A stretch of DNA of 64,000 nt from Spironucleus salmonicida (GCF_000497125.1 NC_090596.1:1674001-1738000); one strand, 5' to 3'; counted from the stretch's first letter, positions 1 through 14,565 are shown. The notes: generated by a model from the letters alone, not told the origin. A program made the numbers and translations.

Positions 1-2
1 AA

Positions 3-638
3 CTTAAACTTATTAATAAAACATAAAAATCAGATCCAATAGAGTCAAAAACTTACTGTTAGAAAACTATATAATAAAGTTAAGGTAAAGATGATTTCAA
101 TTTTTCTGGAATATCAGATATTACTGATTAAAAAAATAAAATTATAAATTCTAGCCATATTAACGAAAAATAAAGTATTTAGTTACTATCTGAATAAACT
201 TTAGAAATAATAAAGCCTTAAAATTAAATTATATCGCCAGCAATATCAAAAGAATTTGTCCCCTCTAAATAAACTCTTATCTCCCCATCAAAATATTAAG
301 TGAAGATGTTTTAATAGTTTAAAAAGCAAGAAGTAGTCAAAATTATCAAACTAGAAAATCCTAGATTAATTAAAGATAGTGCCTCTGTTAAGGCACGCCC
401 GTTAGTAGTTAAATAGAATGTTAACATAGTTAATAACACGGTTCAAATAATAAAAACATAATAATTAAATTTAACACAATTAAGTTAACATCATAATGAC
501 GTAAAGACTCTAAATTTGATAGATTAACCTATATATTATAAATAAAGCAAAGAACAATTAGCAGAGTCAACTAGTTCAGCAAATTCAGTAAGCTTTATTT
601 TATCCTAAAAATAACGAAAAAATAAGAAAATATAGTGA
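3..638 (+). CDS. Hypothetical protein, 3' part only (runs off the window start)
   Basis: Frame 3 is open under TAR=Gln to ATA TAG TGA at 636-638 (AGTGA end). Hydrophilic and rich in Q/K/N/S. Confidence 0.7.
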
Positions 639-648
639 TAAAATATTT

Positions 649-2502
649 TCATTTCATATATATAAAAAATACTGCGATTGAAACGCCTATAACAGCAATA
701 ATTTTCTTAGAAAACTGTGGTTTCAGCTCTGAACAGTTTTGCCTCAACTCATTAATATCTTTATCAAATACTTTTTAAAATCCATTATGAATTTTCTTTG
801 CCGAAGGAGTAAAGAGGTCTCTATTATCTAGCCATTCTTATCCATATAATTATTTAGACGCTTTTGGTACGCAAAATCCTTTGAGACCTGATTTTCTTAC
901 AATGATATCTATTTTTTCTTATAAATTTTATATCTAAAGTGTGCTGAGTACAATACAAACTGGCGCATAATCTTAGGGTTAAGCTGTCACAAAAGCATGT
1001 TCAACACCTTCTATTTATTCAATTATTTTCTCTATTTTCTCTAAATCTAAAAATTCTCCTTATTGCAACTTAATGACAAGATTCTTTCTTCTCAAAAATG
1101 ATATCGAACCATCCGGATTCAGAATACCCATATCCCCTGTATGATAAAAATCTTCACTATCTAATTGGCAAATTTTATTGTCATATGAATCACGGATTAT
1201 AAATCTTGCAACTGAATTCGATTTAACGCAAATCTCTCCTATTTTTGTCTTTTAAAGATCGTAGTGACCTGTATCATCTGGAATAATTTTTACTTCAGTA
1301 TTAATAGTAGTAAATCCTAAGGTATTATCATCCCAGTATTTCATCGTACCACATATATATAATGCATTGGCTCCAGTTTCAGTTAAGCCATATCCAGTTC
1401 CTAAACGCGCACAAAAACAAGTTTACAAAAAAATTCTCAATTATTTTGAAACAGCAGAACTGCCCGATACGACAAATGTTAGTTTAGGAAAATTTTTTGA
1501 AATAGGTTTAAAGACAATATCAATAGGTGTTTTGCCGGTTTTTTCATATTTAGGAAATAAATACATTAAAAATACTTTTAAATACATAAAAGCAACGAAT
1601 ATTGGCCATAATGGGCCTGTTTTCGACTTGACACCATTGTATATCTTTTACCATACCCTAGGAACACCTATTAGCATAGTTACACCAGATAATTTAATAT
1701 CCTATATTAAATTCTTCGTACCTTAAGATGAAAAAGCAATAGCACCTCCTCGAGTCATGAACAAAAATTCAAAATTCTTTTCAAAAACATGTGCCAAAGG
1801 TAAATATGATAGCATTATACCTTGATAATCCAAGAACCTATACCCCATATTAGCACCACCTGCAATCATGTTTCGTGATGTTAGCAAAACAGCTTTAGGT
1901 GATCCTGAAGTACCAGAAGAAAATAAAATATTTGAAGTATCATCTGCAGTTTTAGCGCATAAAGCATTAAAGTTTTGTTGATTTGTTGTTATATATTCTT
2001 CTAAATATGTAATATCCAATACTATAGGAGCATAGTTTAAATTTGGTAAAATATTTTCTAAAATCTACTTTTAATTTTTACCTATTATGATAACTTTAGA
2101 TTAAGTTATCTCTAGACAATATTAAATGTTAACATCTCCTAACGTATCATATAAAGAAACAGAAACACCATTTAAATATTATACTGATAATTCAGATATC
2201 CATACCATTGGGCAATTTTTAGAGAAAATTGCTACTCGATCATTTACATTTATATGTTAAGACAAATAGAAAGATAAAGTTTATACATACTTTTCCACCT
2301 CGATAAAGGACAAATATCTATAAGATTAAGTAAGCTTTGATTCTCCAGAAAGACCATTTCTTGATCCTAACATATTGTCATCTTAATAATTCGTAACCAT
2401 TTGCTAAAAGGCTTACACCATAGTTAAATTAGGATTTGGTTCTTTATTGGAAATGAGTTCTAACTATGAGTGCAGAGAAAAATCATGACGCTTGGCGAAC
2501 AT
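649..2502 (-). CDS. Long-chain fatty acyl-CoA synthetase (617 aa) with C-terminal hydrophobic anchor
   Basis: Starts MFAKRHDF. AMP-binding motif FSSGTSGSPK, plus SYLPLAHVFE, GYGLTET and YHTGDMG. Ends IIAVIGVSIAVFFIYMK-TGA. Confidence 0.93.
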
Positions 2503-2782
2503 TTAAATGAAGTGGCAAAACCTATAAATTTTAGTAACAAATACTCTAATTTATATAATTTAATAAAATTCGTATTGATTAATAAATTTTATATTTGAAA
2601 GTTTACACCAATTATTGATAATTTATGAAACTTATTTAATACTTTACATAAACTTTAAGTTATAAAAGACCGAAGATATTATATTTCTATAGCTTTATGA
2701 AATTTATAATTTATGTTTTTTATTAGTTTTACTTCAAATTAATAATTATTATATATAATAAATTATGTATGAATTTCTAAAA

Positions 2783-5700
2783 TCATTTGAGCCTCATTGG
2801 ACCATAATATATATCGCTTGTTTAATAACCTCCTGGATCAGCTTATAATAAAATCCAACTATTAAGTTCTTCCTCAAATACACGAACTGTTGGTATTCTG
2901 CCTGCTTATATAGAAGAAGCTTCTTCTTCTGCTGCTCTTATCGCAGCAAAAGTTCTACTTAATACATTTCGAGCACCTTCTGTTATTTACGATTCTGTTT
3001 ATTCCTTAATAGCGTAATAGCCACAGCCAATTGCTTCTGATATAACTTTTAGCACTTACAGTCGTTATACTCTGCTTTAACTTTTATTAAAATATCCTAG
3101 TAGATTTTCCACAATATCACGACCAACTAAACAGCCAGCTGAACATCTACTGCTCATACGTAAGCAAAAAGATCCAATCCACTCTTCACCTGTTGAATAT
3201 GGGACGGTAGTCAATGGACCTAGCTCCGGGGCAGCTTATTAAGTAGGATCATGATTTGAAGATTCATCAGTGGTATAGCTGCTTATACGCTTATAAGAAT
3301 TAATACAAGTCTTTTCTAACGCAGGTTAAAAACTAGCATCAATAAAAATATCACCTTATTTGTAACTATCCTTTGTATATCTTAATTATTCGATTATAGG
3401 TTGAAATTCATCTTTTTATCTGTTAACTCTTGTACAGGTACATGATCCTCCCAAGTAGCAAAACTAACAGTCGTATAATATATGAAATTAATTTTCCACA
3501 ACCTGATGCGTATTTCTATATGCATCCCGAATTAACCAATCCAGTGAAGGACTTATTGATAAACAAGACAAAGAATGCATAGACTTGCTCAAAATTTAGT
3601 CTCCTGGACGTGCTAAGATAAGTAAAAATTCAGGATCAATATATGACATGAAAAACGTATTTTAATCGTAAGATGGGATATGAGACATAAAAAGCCCTCT
3701 AAGCGAAAATAACACACTTTCACGTAATTCTGGATAACTATCAGCCATTTACAAGAAAAATGTTATTATAATGCTAAAATCAAATCTACATATGCTGCAA
3801 TCACAATTAATAACCTATTCAGTATGGTCAAATACCTTGAGCATTATGTGGATTTTCTCATAATCTAAGCTAACACATAAAAACCCAAGTAGATAAACAA
3901 TACTTTAGCGTACATATCCAGAATTATTAATATTTTGTAAAATTGCTTTAAAAGTTTCAAAAGCTTTCAAATACACCTCCTCATTACGTGTAAATGTACT
4001 ATTATCATGCTACTAAAGCTACCAGGCTATCCCTTATAATGCACAACAACTTACTACGTTATTTTAACTTTAAACTCCATAATCCCACTCAATGAGCTAA
4101 TAAAAAATATCCATGTTTTTGATAGAAATATATCCTAAAAGTGTAGCAGTGAGTGCAAGAACTCCTTCATCCATACCTTACAAATTTCGCTTGAAATAAG
4201 TCTAGTCAAATAAGCAGTTCAGAGCAAATATCACATCTTAAAATGGAGATTCTAGTAACTAAAAATGCTCCTAGATAGCAATCTATAGAGATTTTTCTTG
4301 AAACTTAAAACTAGAATATGTAGAGAAAAATCGATAAATTCCAATAATTCCGGTTTCACGAATTCTAAAATCCTTTGAATTTAAAATTTCAAAGAGTCTT
4401 GGAAGAAGAGGCTCATAATAATACTTTGTCAGGGTAAAAGCCCTATGGATTACCGAAATATATGGAGTTTATGCATCTGAATCTGGTTTTATTTCAGAGT
4501 CTAATATGTTGACAACATGGGGGAGCTGTTACTAGTCAGATTGCATCCATCGAGACCAAGAAAGGAATGGTAGAGACATTTTAGGATCCAAACATGGCAA
4601 TACTGAGTGATTGTTGTTGATTGCACAAATATCAATCGTGCTGAACATCCTTGAAGTATCTTCCTAACCGTAAACACGAGCTTGTGATACTGATGATTTC
4701 TCAAATTTGTCAATTTTTTTGTCAATAATTTGAGCACCATCAAAGATTTATAGTTTCTGTTATATAAAATCTGCAAACATATTACTTGGAGAATAATTGG
4801 TCAGATTAAGCTTAAACTATGTTTTTTTATTGCCGCCAGATTAGTCTGTTACTTCTTATATTATAACTCTCGGGGCCTGCAGGCAATAACCTAGTTGCCC
4901 AATAATTCCAGTAAGCTGTTATGTTTTTTACTATGTATGCGTTTTAGCTGCTTAAACATTTTAAAATTAATGATGCTAATCATGGGATACATCAGGTCCT
5001 GCCCCGACTGCTTAAGTACTACACAATTATGAATTTTGCAGTTCATCTAGTGTTTGAAGAAATGCTTGTAATGTAAATTCTCCATTTTAATAGTATTCGC
5101 ATAAAATTGAGTCAGTATCTTCAGTATTATTAAAAATTGTTAAGGCAATAATTTTTGCCCGCAAGCGTAACATTTTGAGCCCAAAACCATCATCTTAATA
5201 AGGATAAGATTGATCTTAAAATAAATAATCTTCTGCAACCCAGTCATCAAAAATTGGTTACTAACCAATTTTATTGATTATCGTATTTGTTTCGATCGAA
5301 ATTTCAGATTAATTATCATTAAAATCTTTTTGGCGTTGAAGACGATCAATGTCAAGTTTCTTCTCCTAATTCATTTATGTAAGTGCCTCATCGCGCAAAA
5401 ATACTTTTGGAATATTATTAAAAACATTCAAATTCAGACTTGACCATTTCACATTTTGGACAGTTTTAGGACGCTATCGGAATCCTAATTTAAGCATTTA
5501 GTCAACCATATCAGCCGTAACTTCCCTTTACTCAAAAATTGCTGAAGACCAAAGCTGCGGCATCGATGCGTTACAAAAAACGCTGAAACTTGTTTAAGTT
5601 TAAACGAAGTCCCAACTTATTTCAGATTAGGAGAGATATTACTGATCAAGTTTGATTTTAGATAGTTCTTAGAGAATAAAACAAGATCTTTTGTTAATAA

Positions 5701-6415
5701 GAGAATTTGTTGACAAATTAAATGATACACGAGAAATAGCTTCTGCACAAATTTGGTATAATTCTAGTGTTTTTCTAGTTGTCATTTTTTCCGTATTGAT
5801 TAATGGAACTACTGCCCAACTCTAAAATGAATGAATTTCGGTAATTTGAGAATCTACTAATATATTAAGTTCTTTTTTAAGATTCAAATACTGTGAAAAT
5901 TCAGTAAAAAGTTATGCATAGTCTGTTGGTTCAAAAAGTTTAAAAGCTGTTGGCATCCATATTTTAATGTGCTTAAAATATACGCCTAAAATGTCACCAA
6001 TAGCGAAAAACCAATCATTTAATAAACATGGTTACTGAGTAGAAACTATATTGAATTTTTCAATTTTAGACTTCACAAAAACTTGGATGTTAGTTGAAAG
6101 CAGAAATGAAGGTACTGGGATAATATTGGATATATCCCCTGTAAGCCTTCTAGCATAGTTTGAATTAAAGTAAATATCTGATGAATTAGATGTTGTAAAC
6201 ACGAGTGTAATGCTCTCAAGCTGAATAGGGTGGTGTAGTTATATTTGGTAATCCCCAAATTTAGCTCTCATAGCATTTTTGGTGAACTCTTCGTTCTGTA
6301 GTTCAAAAACGGAATTTTATCTCGATTATGAGGTTACTTCAGATTTAAAAATTTAGTTTAATGGTAATTGTGCAGAGTTAATATATATCTAATGAAAATT
6401 TGTAAATTTAGACAT
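2783..6415 (-). CDS. Large hypothetical protein (1210 aa)
   Basis: MSKFTNFHQ...YGPMRLK-TGA. Scanned for in-frame TGA and none seen. No family recognised. Confidence 0.8.
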
Positions 6416-6611
6416 GATGGGGATTGATGTGCTTTATAATAATATTGGTTGAATAAATCTATAAATAGCAATAATTTAAAGCTACTTTTCTCCAAACACA
6501 GGTGAAATAGATAACGTTAGAGTAACATCGGTCATAATATTTTGAAGTGGGGATAGATTATTATTTCATTATTATTTTATGATAATAGTCTTAATTTTTT
6601 GAAGCAGCAAA

Positions 6612-7232
6612 ATGATTACTCCAAATTAGTTTGAATTAGAAATGTAAGGGTTTTATGAATGCCATAAACTTGAATCATCTATCAATATCCTGCAGATTTA
6701 AAAGATACAACTTCAAGCATAAATTCCGTTTGATTTTGAAGTGGCACCTGATTTAACTAAAAGAGTACGGCGCCTTGAAGATCCAGAAGTTGAAGTAGAT
6801 TATAGTACCCTTTTAAGTAACTTTATCAAAGAAATCAAGTCGCTTTAAGCAGCTTCCATCCAATATACTGAAACTATAAGATAGATTAAAATTAACTAAA
6901 AAATTGCTCTTTAGCTTACAAACACTATTTAAGATGATTCAATGATAGCAGAATTGCATGACTAATTTAACCAGTAAATAATCTTGGTGTAGTCTATTAG
7001 CATAGCGTAAACATGCCCATAGTCAGATCAAATCCTAATGAAATCACCAAAAAAACATACAGACCGTCCATCTAACAGTCTAAGAGAAGAAGAACTGGTC
7101 GATTTTGATAAAAAGCAACTTATTCAGAAAGTACTTTTCGGCTAATCTGCTCGCTCTATGTACTCTCCAGTTAGAACAGATTCTCCACTCAGTCTACCAA
7201 TATTAGACCAAGACCAGTTCGCTTTTGAATGA
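6612..7232 (+). CDS. Hypothetical protein (206 aa), partly coiled-coil
   Basis: MITPNQFELE...DQFAFE-TGA, open with TAR=Gln. Confidence 0.75.
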
Positions 7233-7243
7233 ATTAAGTAACT

Positions 7244-8614
7244 TCACATCGACCTTTAAATTTCAGCCAAATCTCCTTCCATTTAGTTCCACTCTACAGC
7301 CATTTTTACAACTTTCTACTGCCACTGCCCTACCAGGCCTTGCTCAATTCCTAAATGTTTTAGCTAGTACAAAACGGCAGCAGATAAAACACCAAATTCT
7401 TTTTAACCAAAACTGTTCATAACAAGTTTGTAAAAGTTTATTTTACTATCGTCTGCGAGATAGAAAACTGTACTTGCTAAAGCCTTTTCGTTACTAGATA
7501 CCACATCAAACAATATTTACATTACTATATTTTATTATATATATAAATCATCATTTGATAATGCAAGATCCAGAGCCTTGCCGTATGCACGGTTTTTCAT
7601 CAGAAGTTCAATGGATTGGGGAAGAATTTAAGGTTTTGGAAGTGTAATATGCTAGCTGTGTGGCTGGTTAGTTAGGTTAAACTTTTTAAGTACTTATTTG
7701 ATGATTTGTGGTGGTTATTAACCTAAAATATAGACTATTGGTTTACTGGTAGAAACCGAAAAAAATGTTTATTCACCGATTAAAAAACGAGATAAAAATA
7801 GGAGTGGATGCTTGAACCGCTCAAGTACTTTAGAACTAGTTAAATCAAGACCACATGACCTTATGCTACCATCTAAGCAAGCGAAAAATAATTCATTATT
7901 AACGTTAATGGCTTGAGAAACTCCTTTAATTATCTAACAGCTAGCTTTAATGAAATTCTATTTTATATCAGCTATTTACATTCCCAAATCAGTACAGATA
8001 AGTATTTCATTTTGACTGATATAATTGACTGATATAACTCTGCCTTTATATTCACCTACCTTTTATTCAAATTCAACAACACTTTAATGTTTTTTAGCGC
8101 TGAATTATACCTCCCTAGATTCGACATTTAACGCAATTATCTAGTTTTGGCCTAATACCACAAGTTTTTCACCTACTTGAAGACAACAGTTTAGTTCAAT
8201 TTTTAACTAAATCGCAAAAATAATTTCACCAATTGCGATATCCCAAACTGTTACATGACCTTATTTTGTTATAGCAGCTATCTTTGTTGTTCCAAGAAAA
8301 CAGAGCTAAATAGGAGCAGCAATAGTCTTAAACTGCTTCAAAACAGATTTTGTGCGGATTGCTGAAATTGAAATAGAATTAGAATGAGTAGCAGCTAGAA
8401 GTTAATTATCTGCACGGATAGTTGCTTGGATAGATGGCTATGCGAATTTAGAAACTTTCTCAGAACTGGAATGCTTCAAAGAGAGTATTTGAGAGCCAAC
8501 AATGGCATAATTAAGTAAAAGAGCAGATGGAGATAGTGATGTTGAAATTTCGTGCTTATAAGTAAAAAATTAAGTTATAGGCTCAAAATTTGAGAATTAA
8601 TATGAGGGTTGCAT
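7244..8614 (-). CDS. UTP15: UTP15-like WD40 SSU processome protein (456 aa)
   Basis: SKFAQPSIQATIRADNQLLAA and VTVWDIAIGE resemble UTP15 WD repeats. AYGKALDLAL resembles the UTP15 C-terminal helical domain. Confidence 0.7.
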
Positions 8615-8699
8615 TTCGAAATGAAAAAGAGAAAGGATAGCTAAATATTTTATCATATATATAAATAATATTTACTTTTCTGTTTTCACTCCTTGATAA

Positions 8700-11498
8700 A
8701 TGCAATATTCGCTAGACACGAATCCTCCAAGTTTTCCCGGAGGCGTTACGATGGAGAACATAATACAGCTTATTCAAGATTTAAAAACAAATTTTGATCT
8801 CTCCGTTCAGCTGCTTCCTTAGGCAACTCTGACATACGCCCTTTCTGTAGAAGACCCACTAATTGCCATCTAAAACATCTAGGATTTAATCAACATTAAC
8901 ATCCCCATTGATTCGATGCGATACCTCGTCTATGCCATCGTTTTTTCGACCCCAACAATTTCAACACTCCTGCAGCCAGTGCTTTTCGCCGCATATCATG
9001 CTTATATCCTAGTGAACTTTAACGACTCAATAGACAATCTTTTTGCGCCAAAATTCGACTTCGACGGTCTCACAGAATCGGAATCGTAGGTACAAGAAAC
9101 GTCGATTTTTACGTCATTCCCAGGGTCTTTCCTAGTATCTAAATAGATTTTAGACAGGTTTCAACAGCCAATGACCATCAATTAGGCCCGTTTTGTGTTG
9201 CACTGCTTCACCAAAATTGACAGCAGCTTTTACAGCATCGCTGAAGTGCAGGAAACTGCAGTTTTCGTGCTCGCTAAACTAGCGATTTCAGACTGCGGAA
9301 TGAGCGATTTCTCGCGCGCCTGTGAAGCAGTTTTCGATCAGATTGATAGCGCGATGGCAGTAACGTAGACAGCAAATTCAATGTATGAGGCGCTCGACGC
9401 GCAGCTGCTCGAAAATTACACAAATTTCGACGTGTTTGCAGAGAACCTCATCGCGCCCAAAAGAACAAGTTTGGGAACCGATAAAATTTTCCGCATTTTA
9501 ACGAATATAATCAATATTTGCAATTTGAGCGTAAACAATATTTTCAGGCTGACTTGTTTTTTGTATGAAAGCTGCAAGGAAGAGAGCGTTTTCTCGTTCA
9601 TTAAAAAATTAAGCTTTGGATCGCCTGAAATGACTGCCGAATTCAATAATCCGTTCGTTGAGGAAGGAATTTTAGACGAGGAAATCATGGATTAAGTTGA
9701 CCGTGTCGTAAATAGCTTTTCTAACGAATTAGTTGATAAGCATATTTAGGCTGTTAATTCGTCTAAGAGGCTTAATTTTGTTTAGACATTCTTTTCTCTG
9801 CGTATTTTGACTATCAACGAACGGAAAGTCAATTTAAACATTACTGAGTATATGAAAAACAATAAATCAGATGCACTCAGTCTATATTTCTTAGCCTACG
9901 ATAAGTAATTTCTCAATGTCAAGTTCATCACTGAAGCAAATATAGAACAATATGTTATAATTTTGTCTCGCTTTCTGTTAGAAAATTATAATGAAAACTT
10001 AAACTAGCAACTTGAATAGATAATAACTCACATTTAATAAACAAATGATCCAGTTTTGATCGCGTACGGTGACTAAATTATTAAAAATTTCCTCAAGACC
10101 AATGAAGAAATCGAACTTAATCTCCAAACTTACAGAAAGCTTTTTAAACGCAACGATAATCTCGTTTTGGCGTTAGCAGATGCATTCAATACTAAATTTA
10201 ACGATGATAAACTTGTCGAATTGGCTCTAGAAACACTCCCTCATTGCGAGGAAATTGAACGCGAAATAGTGTAAAAACTAGTAAAATCTCTATTCCATTA
10301 CCTTTTATAGTTCATTAATAAGCCTGTTCAAGAAACTCCAGTTTAAGCAATTGCTGTTTTGACTGCTTTTTATTATTCTTTTGATATATCTCCAGCATTC
10401 TGTGGAGTTGTTAACTCAATGAAAGCTGATTTTGTGGATGTATTCGAAACATTAAATTAAAGTAACGTAAACGGAGCTATTTTACCTGGATTCTTGCTTA
10501 TTTTGACCTCCCTATTTGAGCTTCCAATAAATAATAGTATTGATATGCTTCTGAACCACGTCGAAAAGACACAACCTGCTGATTTTTGTAAGCAATGTAT
10601 GTACTTTTCTGCTGATTTCAACTCCTACTTGTTCGTGCATTCAGCAGGTCCTAGACTTATAATTTCTGCAGGTCCGAAAGAATAAGAAATTGCATCCGAT
10701 ATGCAATAAAAAATGTAGAAAATTCTTCATTATTACGTTCAGTCTGCTGCAAATTTGGCTGAGATTTCTATTGGAATCGTTTAAATAATTACCGAAGCTT
10801 TTTAGGATGAATTTTCAAGCATTGATGTAGTTTTCAACTGCATTGGATAATTCACACGCACGATAGGTAAATTCGATTATAAAGATTGCAAATTATACAA
10901 ATAAATGCCAATTGGTTTCGAAATTTATGCACTGGCAGTTGCAGGGTTGCTAACTTTCGAGCATGGGGCTTAGTGGTCTAGCTCGAAGTATGTTAACAAA
11001 ACTTTTATCACCCTTTTGCTTGAAGAGGCATTATAAAATACTGATTTCAGTATTCCATCACAAATTTTAAGACTAATCTTTGCAATTAAATATGTTAGAA
11101 ATTCGTTTATGGGTGAAAAATCAGCTACAAATAACTTTTACAAGTCGTTTATTTAAGTAGTTAAGTAACATATTTAGAAACCTATACATACGAATTTAGA
11201 GAAGGAGTACTAGTAACTTTAGCAATCGTGCGTGTCATTTTATATTTTTGCGCTATCTGTGCCCTCCGGCGCTAAATTTGACGTTAAAATAACAAATCCG
11301 ATTACGATTTCCATGCTCGAATTGTGCCAAAAACTCCAGTGGGAGGACTAAAACTCACTTGAAATTTCGTTTTCGGTGCTAAATTCACTTTATGAGTAGA
11401 GGAAATTGAACGGGAAAGTGCTCGGAATCGCTGAAAAATCACTTTACTTCATGGAGAAGTTCCTAGACGAAGAGGAAGAAGACAGCGAACAAGAGTGA
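8700..11498 (+). CDS. Large alpha-helical (HEAT/ARM-like) hypothetical protein (932 aa)
   Basis: Open from MQYSLDTNPP to an acidic tail DEEEEDSEQE-TGA. Amphipathic helix pattern throughout. The 9381 and 10494 track ORFs are in-frame pieces. Confidence 0.75.
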
Positions 11499-11504
11499 GT
11501 CTGG

Positions 11505-12533
11505 TCACTGCTGGTTGAGTATCTATTCGGTGGTCAGCAGCTCGATGTCGTTGATCGCCTGGAACTGGAAAAGTGGTTATTTGATCTAAAGAATGTCCTC
11601 CACATTACCGAATGAGCTGTTATTTTCCAACTAGCAAATCTACTGTTTAGACATTGATGCTAAAATCTGTGGTGAGCACGGCTCGAACTCTGGATCCATA
11701 GACGCCGTGATGGGGTTCTCCAACTGCTTGATTTACTGCCTTAACTCGTACGCTGTTTCCTTGTAAATACTCTAGTTCCGGGTGATCTAGAATTGGAGCT
11801 CGTATATCTGGTTCTGTAGAAAATTATTCTCCTCGATCACCTGCTTTTAGTCCGTTGTAATCGAGCTCTGGGTCTCTGCAAGCTGCTGCTGCAGAATGCT
11901 GATCTGACTTCTTAGTTGTGTGTTTTCCTCGAAAACGTGTGCAAATTCGGCCAGCGTGAAATCTTTGGACTTAACATCGATAATGCGTGCGTAGAATTCT
12001 GTCTGCTGCTCCAAAAGTTTGATTCTCTCTGTGAGGGCAGTATAATCGTTTTTGTTCGATACCTGAAGTTTTAATTTTAATAATTAATAATCAGACTTAA
12101 GTTGAGTTTTCTCTTACTCAATTGCAAGAATGTTGGACTTCAGCTAGAAAACAGTTTAATTTAGAATGTGAATTTTTTTAATATATACTAGATGATCTTA
12201 TTCCGGGATACTAAGTTTGATTATTTAATTTTTCTCTTTTAACTATCGTATGGGATCATAAATATCATCTAACAGACGATTTTAATACTGCTATATTTTT
12301 TACTTCAGGAATAAGTTAATTGAATTGGCGGAGTCCAGTTAGACTTATTAGTTATCAAACTTCGTTTACAGTTTTTTTAACTATTCGTAAAATAAAGTTT
12401 CTTGGGTTATGCTATATTATATTTTGGCTTTCAGTTACGATGATTACATTAAGTTGTTTAACGCATCCTTCCCTATAATTTTTGTTACTGCAGATAAAAA
12501 CGTCTCATATTCGTATGAAAGGTCATCGATCAT
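11505..12533 (-). CDS. Coiled-coil protein (342 aa)
   Basis: MIDDLSYEYE...EQILNQQ-TGA, with heptad-rich Q/E/K/L content. Confidence 0.75.
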
Positions 12534-12577
12534 TTTAATCTATAAATATATATAAATATTGTGACTATTATTTCAAA

Positions 12578-12778
12578 ATGCAGCCAGAACACATATTGAA
12601 AATGAAATTTTACGTAAATAAGAATCACCCAAATCTTTAATTTTAAAAGATAGATTCATTTAATGAGATAGATGACAAAATATACCTCAAGGCATATTTT
12701 TCTGACTAAATTACAACAACTATATTTTCTAAAGAAAACTCTGAATTAAGAGTTGAGGCATTTCTTTTAAATGAATGA
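12578..12778 (+). CDS. Small hypothetical protein (66 aa)
   Basis: AAAATG start, MQPEHILKMKF...AFLLNE-TGA (AATGA end). Fills the gap between flanking genes. Confidence 0.6.
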
Positions 12779-12787
12779 ACAGTTTAT

Positions 12788-13495
12788 TCACTAACCAGAA
12801 CACCCTTTTAAATTTGTTGTATGTTTATCCCATATTTCGAAAAACTCAACAGGATACAATTCTGCTAATGAAGATGCCTATGCAAGAATAATCTAATAGG
12901 ACTATGCATCATATTCCTAAAATTCTTATAATCTAAACCCTTTTTTCAGTATCATTTTCTTTAGTTCTAGAGCCTACATTTTATATGTCCTATTTCCTCT
13001 AATACTAAACACAAATAAACTAGGCCTTGCTTCTGAAAGCATAATACAATCCGCAATATTACTAAGAGTTTTTAATTCTGTCTATTTTGGGCGAATGCTT
13101 GTATTAAGGGTGTATATGGTATTATAAATGTCATCAATAACTTTCATCACAAATGTTATGCTATCTATGTTATCTTCATGGAAAAATAATAAAGCTGAAA
13201 GAGGTGCTATTTTAATTACTTCATGACGGCTAAATTTTGTCTACAGATTAAATAGTTTAACATTAAGGTGCCTCCCTTTATCTTCTCCATTAAGTGTTAG
13301 ATATTTAGCTGAGGTTGTCTTTGTGTCAAAATTAATATACTAATTAATATATTAGTAAAATTCATTAATACCTGAATTTTCTTGGCCTAGTAATATGAAA
13401 GTCATATTATATTAAAAATTTGTTGCCTTTTATGTCTCTTTCTTGGCATCTAAAGTTAGAATATAATCTAAAACTTACGGTTTTATTTACTACAT
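12788..13495 (-). CDS. Hypothetical protein with degenerate small-GTPase-like N-terminus (235 aa)
   Basis: MQQIKPQV...FILLGQENSGINEF resembles beta1-P-loop but lacks the GK[ST] lysine. Ends TAG TGA. Confidence 0.65.
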
Positions 13496-13615
13496 TTTAC
13501 TTATTAATAATAAAAATATTATATAAAATAGTATTAATTAATAAAAACTAAAATAAATATTTCATTTGGAATCATAACTAAAATTATAAGATTTTATGAT
13601 ATAGTAAGTTAAATT

Positions 13616-14506
13616 TCACATATATTTTATTATATATTCAGGTAAGTTGTGCTTTAACTATGTTAAATATATACTCCATTAGAAAGCTTAAAATTGCGCA
13701 TCTTCTAAATCCATTAACTCAAACCTTGGTATAAAAAATCCTAATAATGCTCGTTACCAACCAAAGCTTAAATAATTGAAATAAATATTTGAATTAAATT
13801 TATCAATAAGTTCAATTTATACCTCATCTAAAAAGTTATTAGCTCTAAGAATATTAGATTTTGCTAGACTTTTTAGGTCATGGTCTGTTTTTAAGTATAA
13901 TTTTGTAGTTAAATTATTTTTGAGTAAAAAATTATGATACTAAATCATATTAACACTAAAACCAATTCCAAAAAATGAAAAATATTACAAATATGGACAG
14001 GTAATGAATATTTACAAATGAGTATTTATTATACTTATTTTTAGAAGATAAGTCGCCAATATAAAACTTGAAATAAAAAATAAAATTTATACTCTTAAAA
14101 TTATTAAAAATAGTAAATAATTTCTAGCACCTATATCACATGAAAGATACGAACAATGATGATCAAACATAAAAATACAGCTATTACATGCACCACAATG
14201 AGTAGTAAATGTAGGTAAAATAATTTAGCATGTTTAACAATACTACGATTAAAACTAGGTGTAATCTGAATATTGGAATAATTTTTAAAGCTTATATTCT
14301 CTGCTTCTTATTATAGGTTTACGTAATCTACCTGGATCTCTAAAAGAAATACAAATTGCTAAAAATATAAATAATACTCCTGTAACTATTGATATTAAAG
14401 ATAAAACGTGAACTATACTATAAACCTATGTCAGATATAAGAAATACTAAATTATTACTAGTATAAAAGACAAAACTGCTAATATGATAGATAGTCCTAT
14501 CTTCAT
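13616..14506 (-). CDS. DHHC palmitoyltransferase (296 aa)
   Basis: Two N-terminal TM segments, DPG, and CQTCQIILPTFTTHCGACNSCIFMFDHHCSYLSCDIGARNY. Confidence 0.92.
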
Positions 14507-14565
14507 CAATTCTAGTAAATTTATTATTATTATATAAATATATTAAATAATAAATTAAATAGAAA

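Noticed and set aside
7561-7701. 46-codon + strand ORF MQDPEPCR...
   Set aside because: Antisense shadow of the UTP15-like gene.
7780-7890. Possible snRNA-like element (hairpin CTTGA-GCGGT-TCAAG, Sm-like ATTTTT, T-run) on the minus strand
   Set aside because: It lies in frame inside the UTP15-like CDS (FACLDGSIRSC...) and has no snRNA hallmark motifs.
8012-8037. 13-nt direct duplication TTGACTGATATAA x2
   Set aside because: Inside an intact CDS with no element between the copies, so it is not a target-site duplication.
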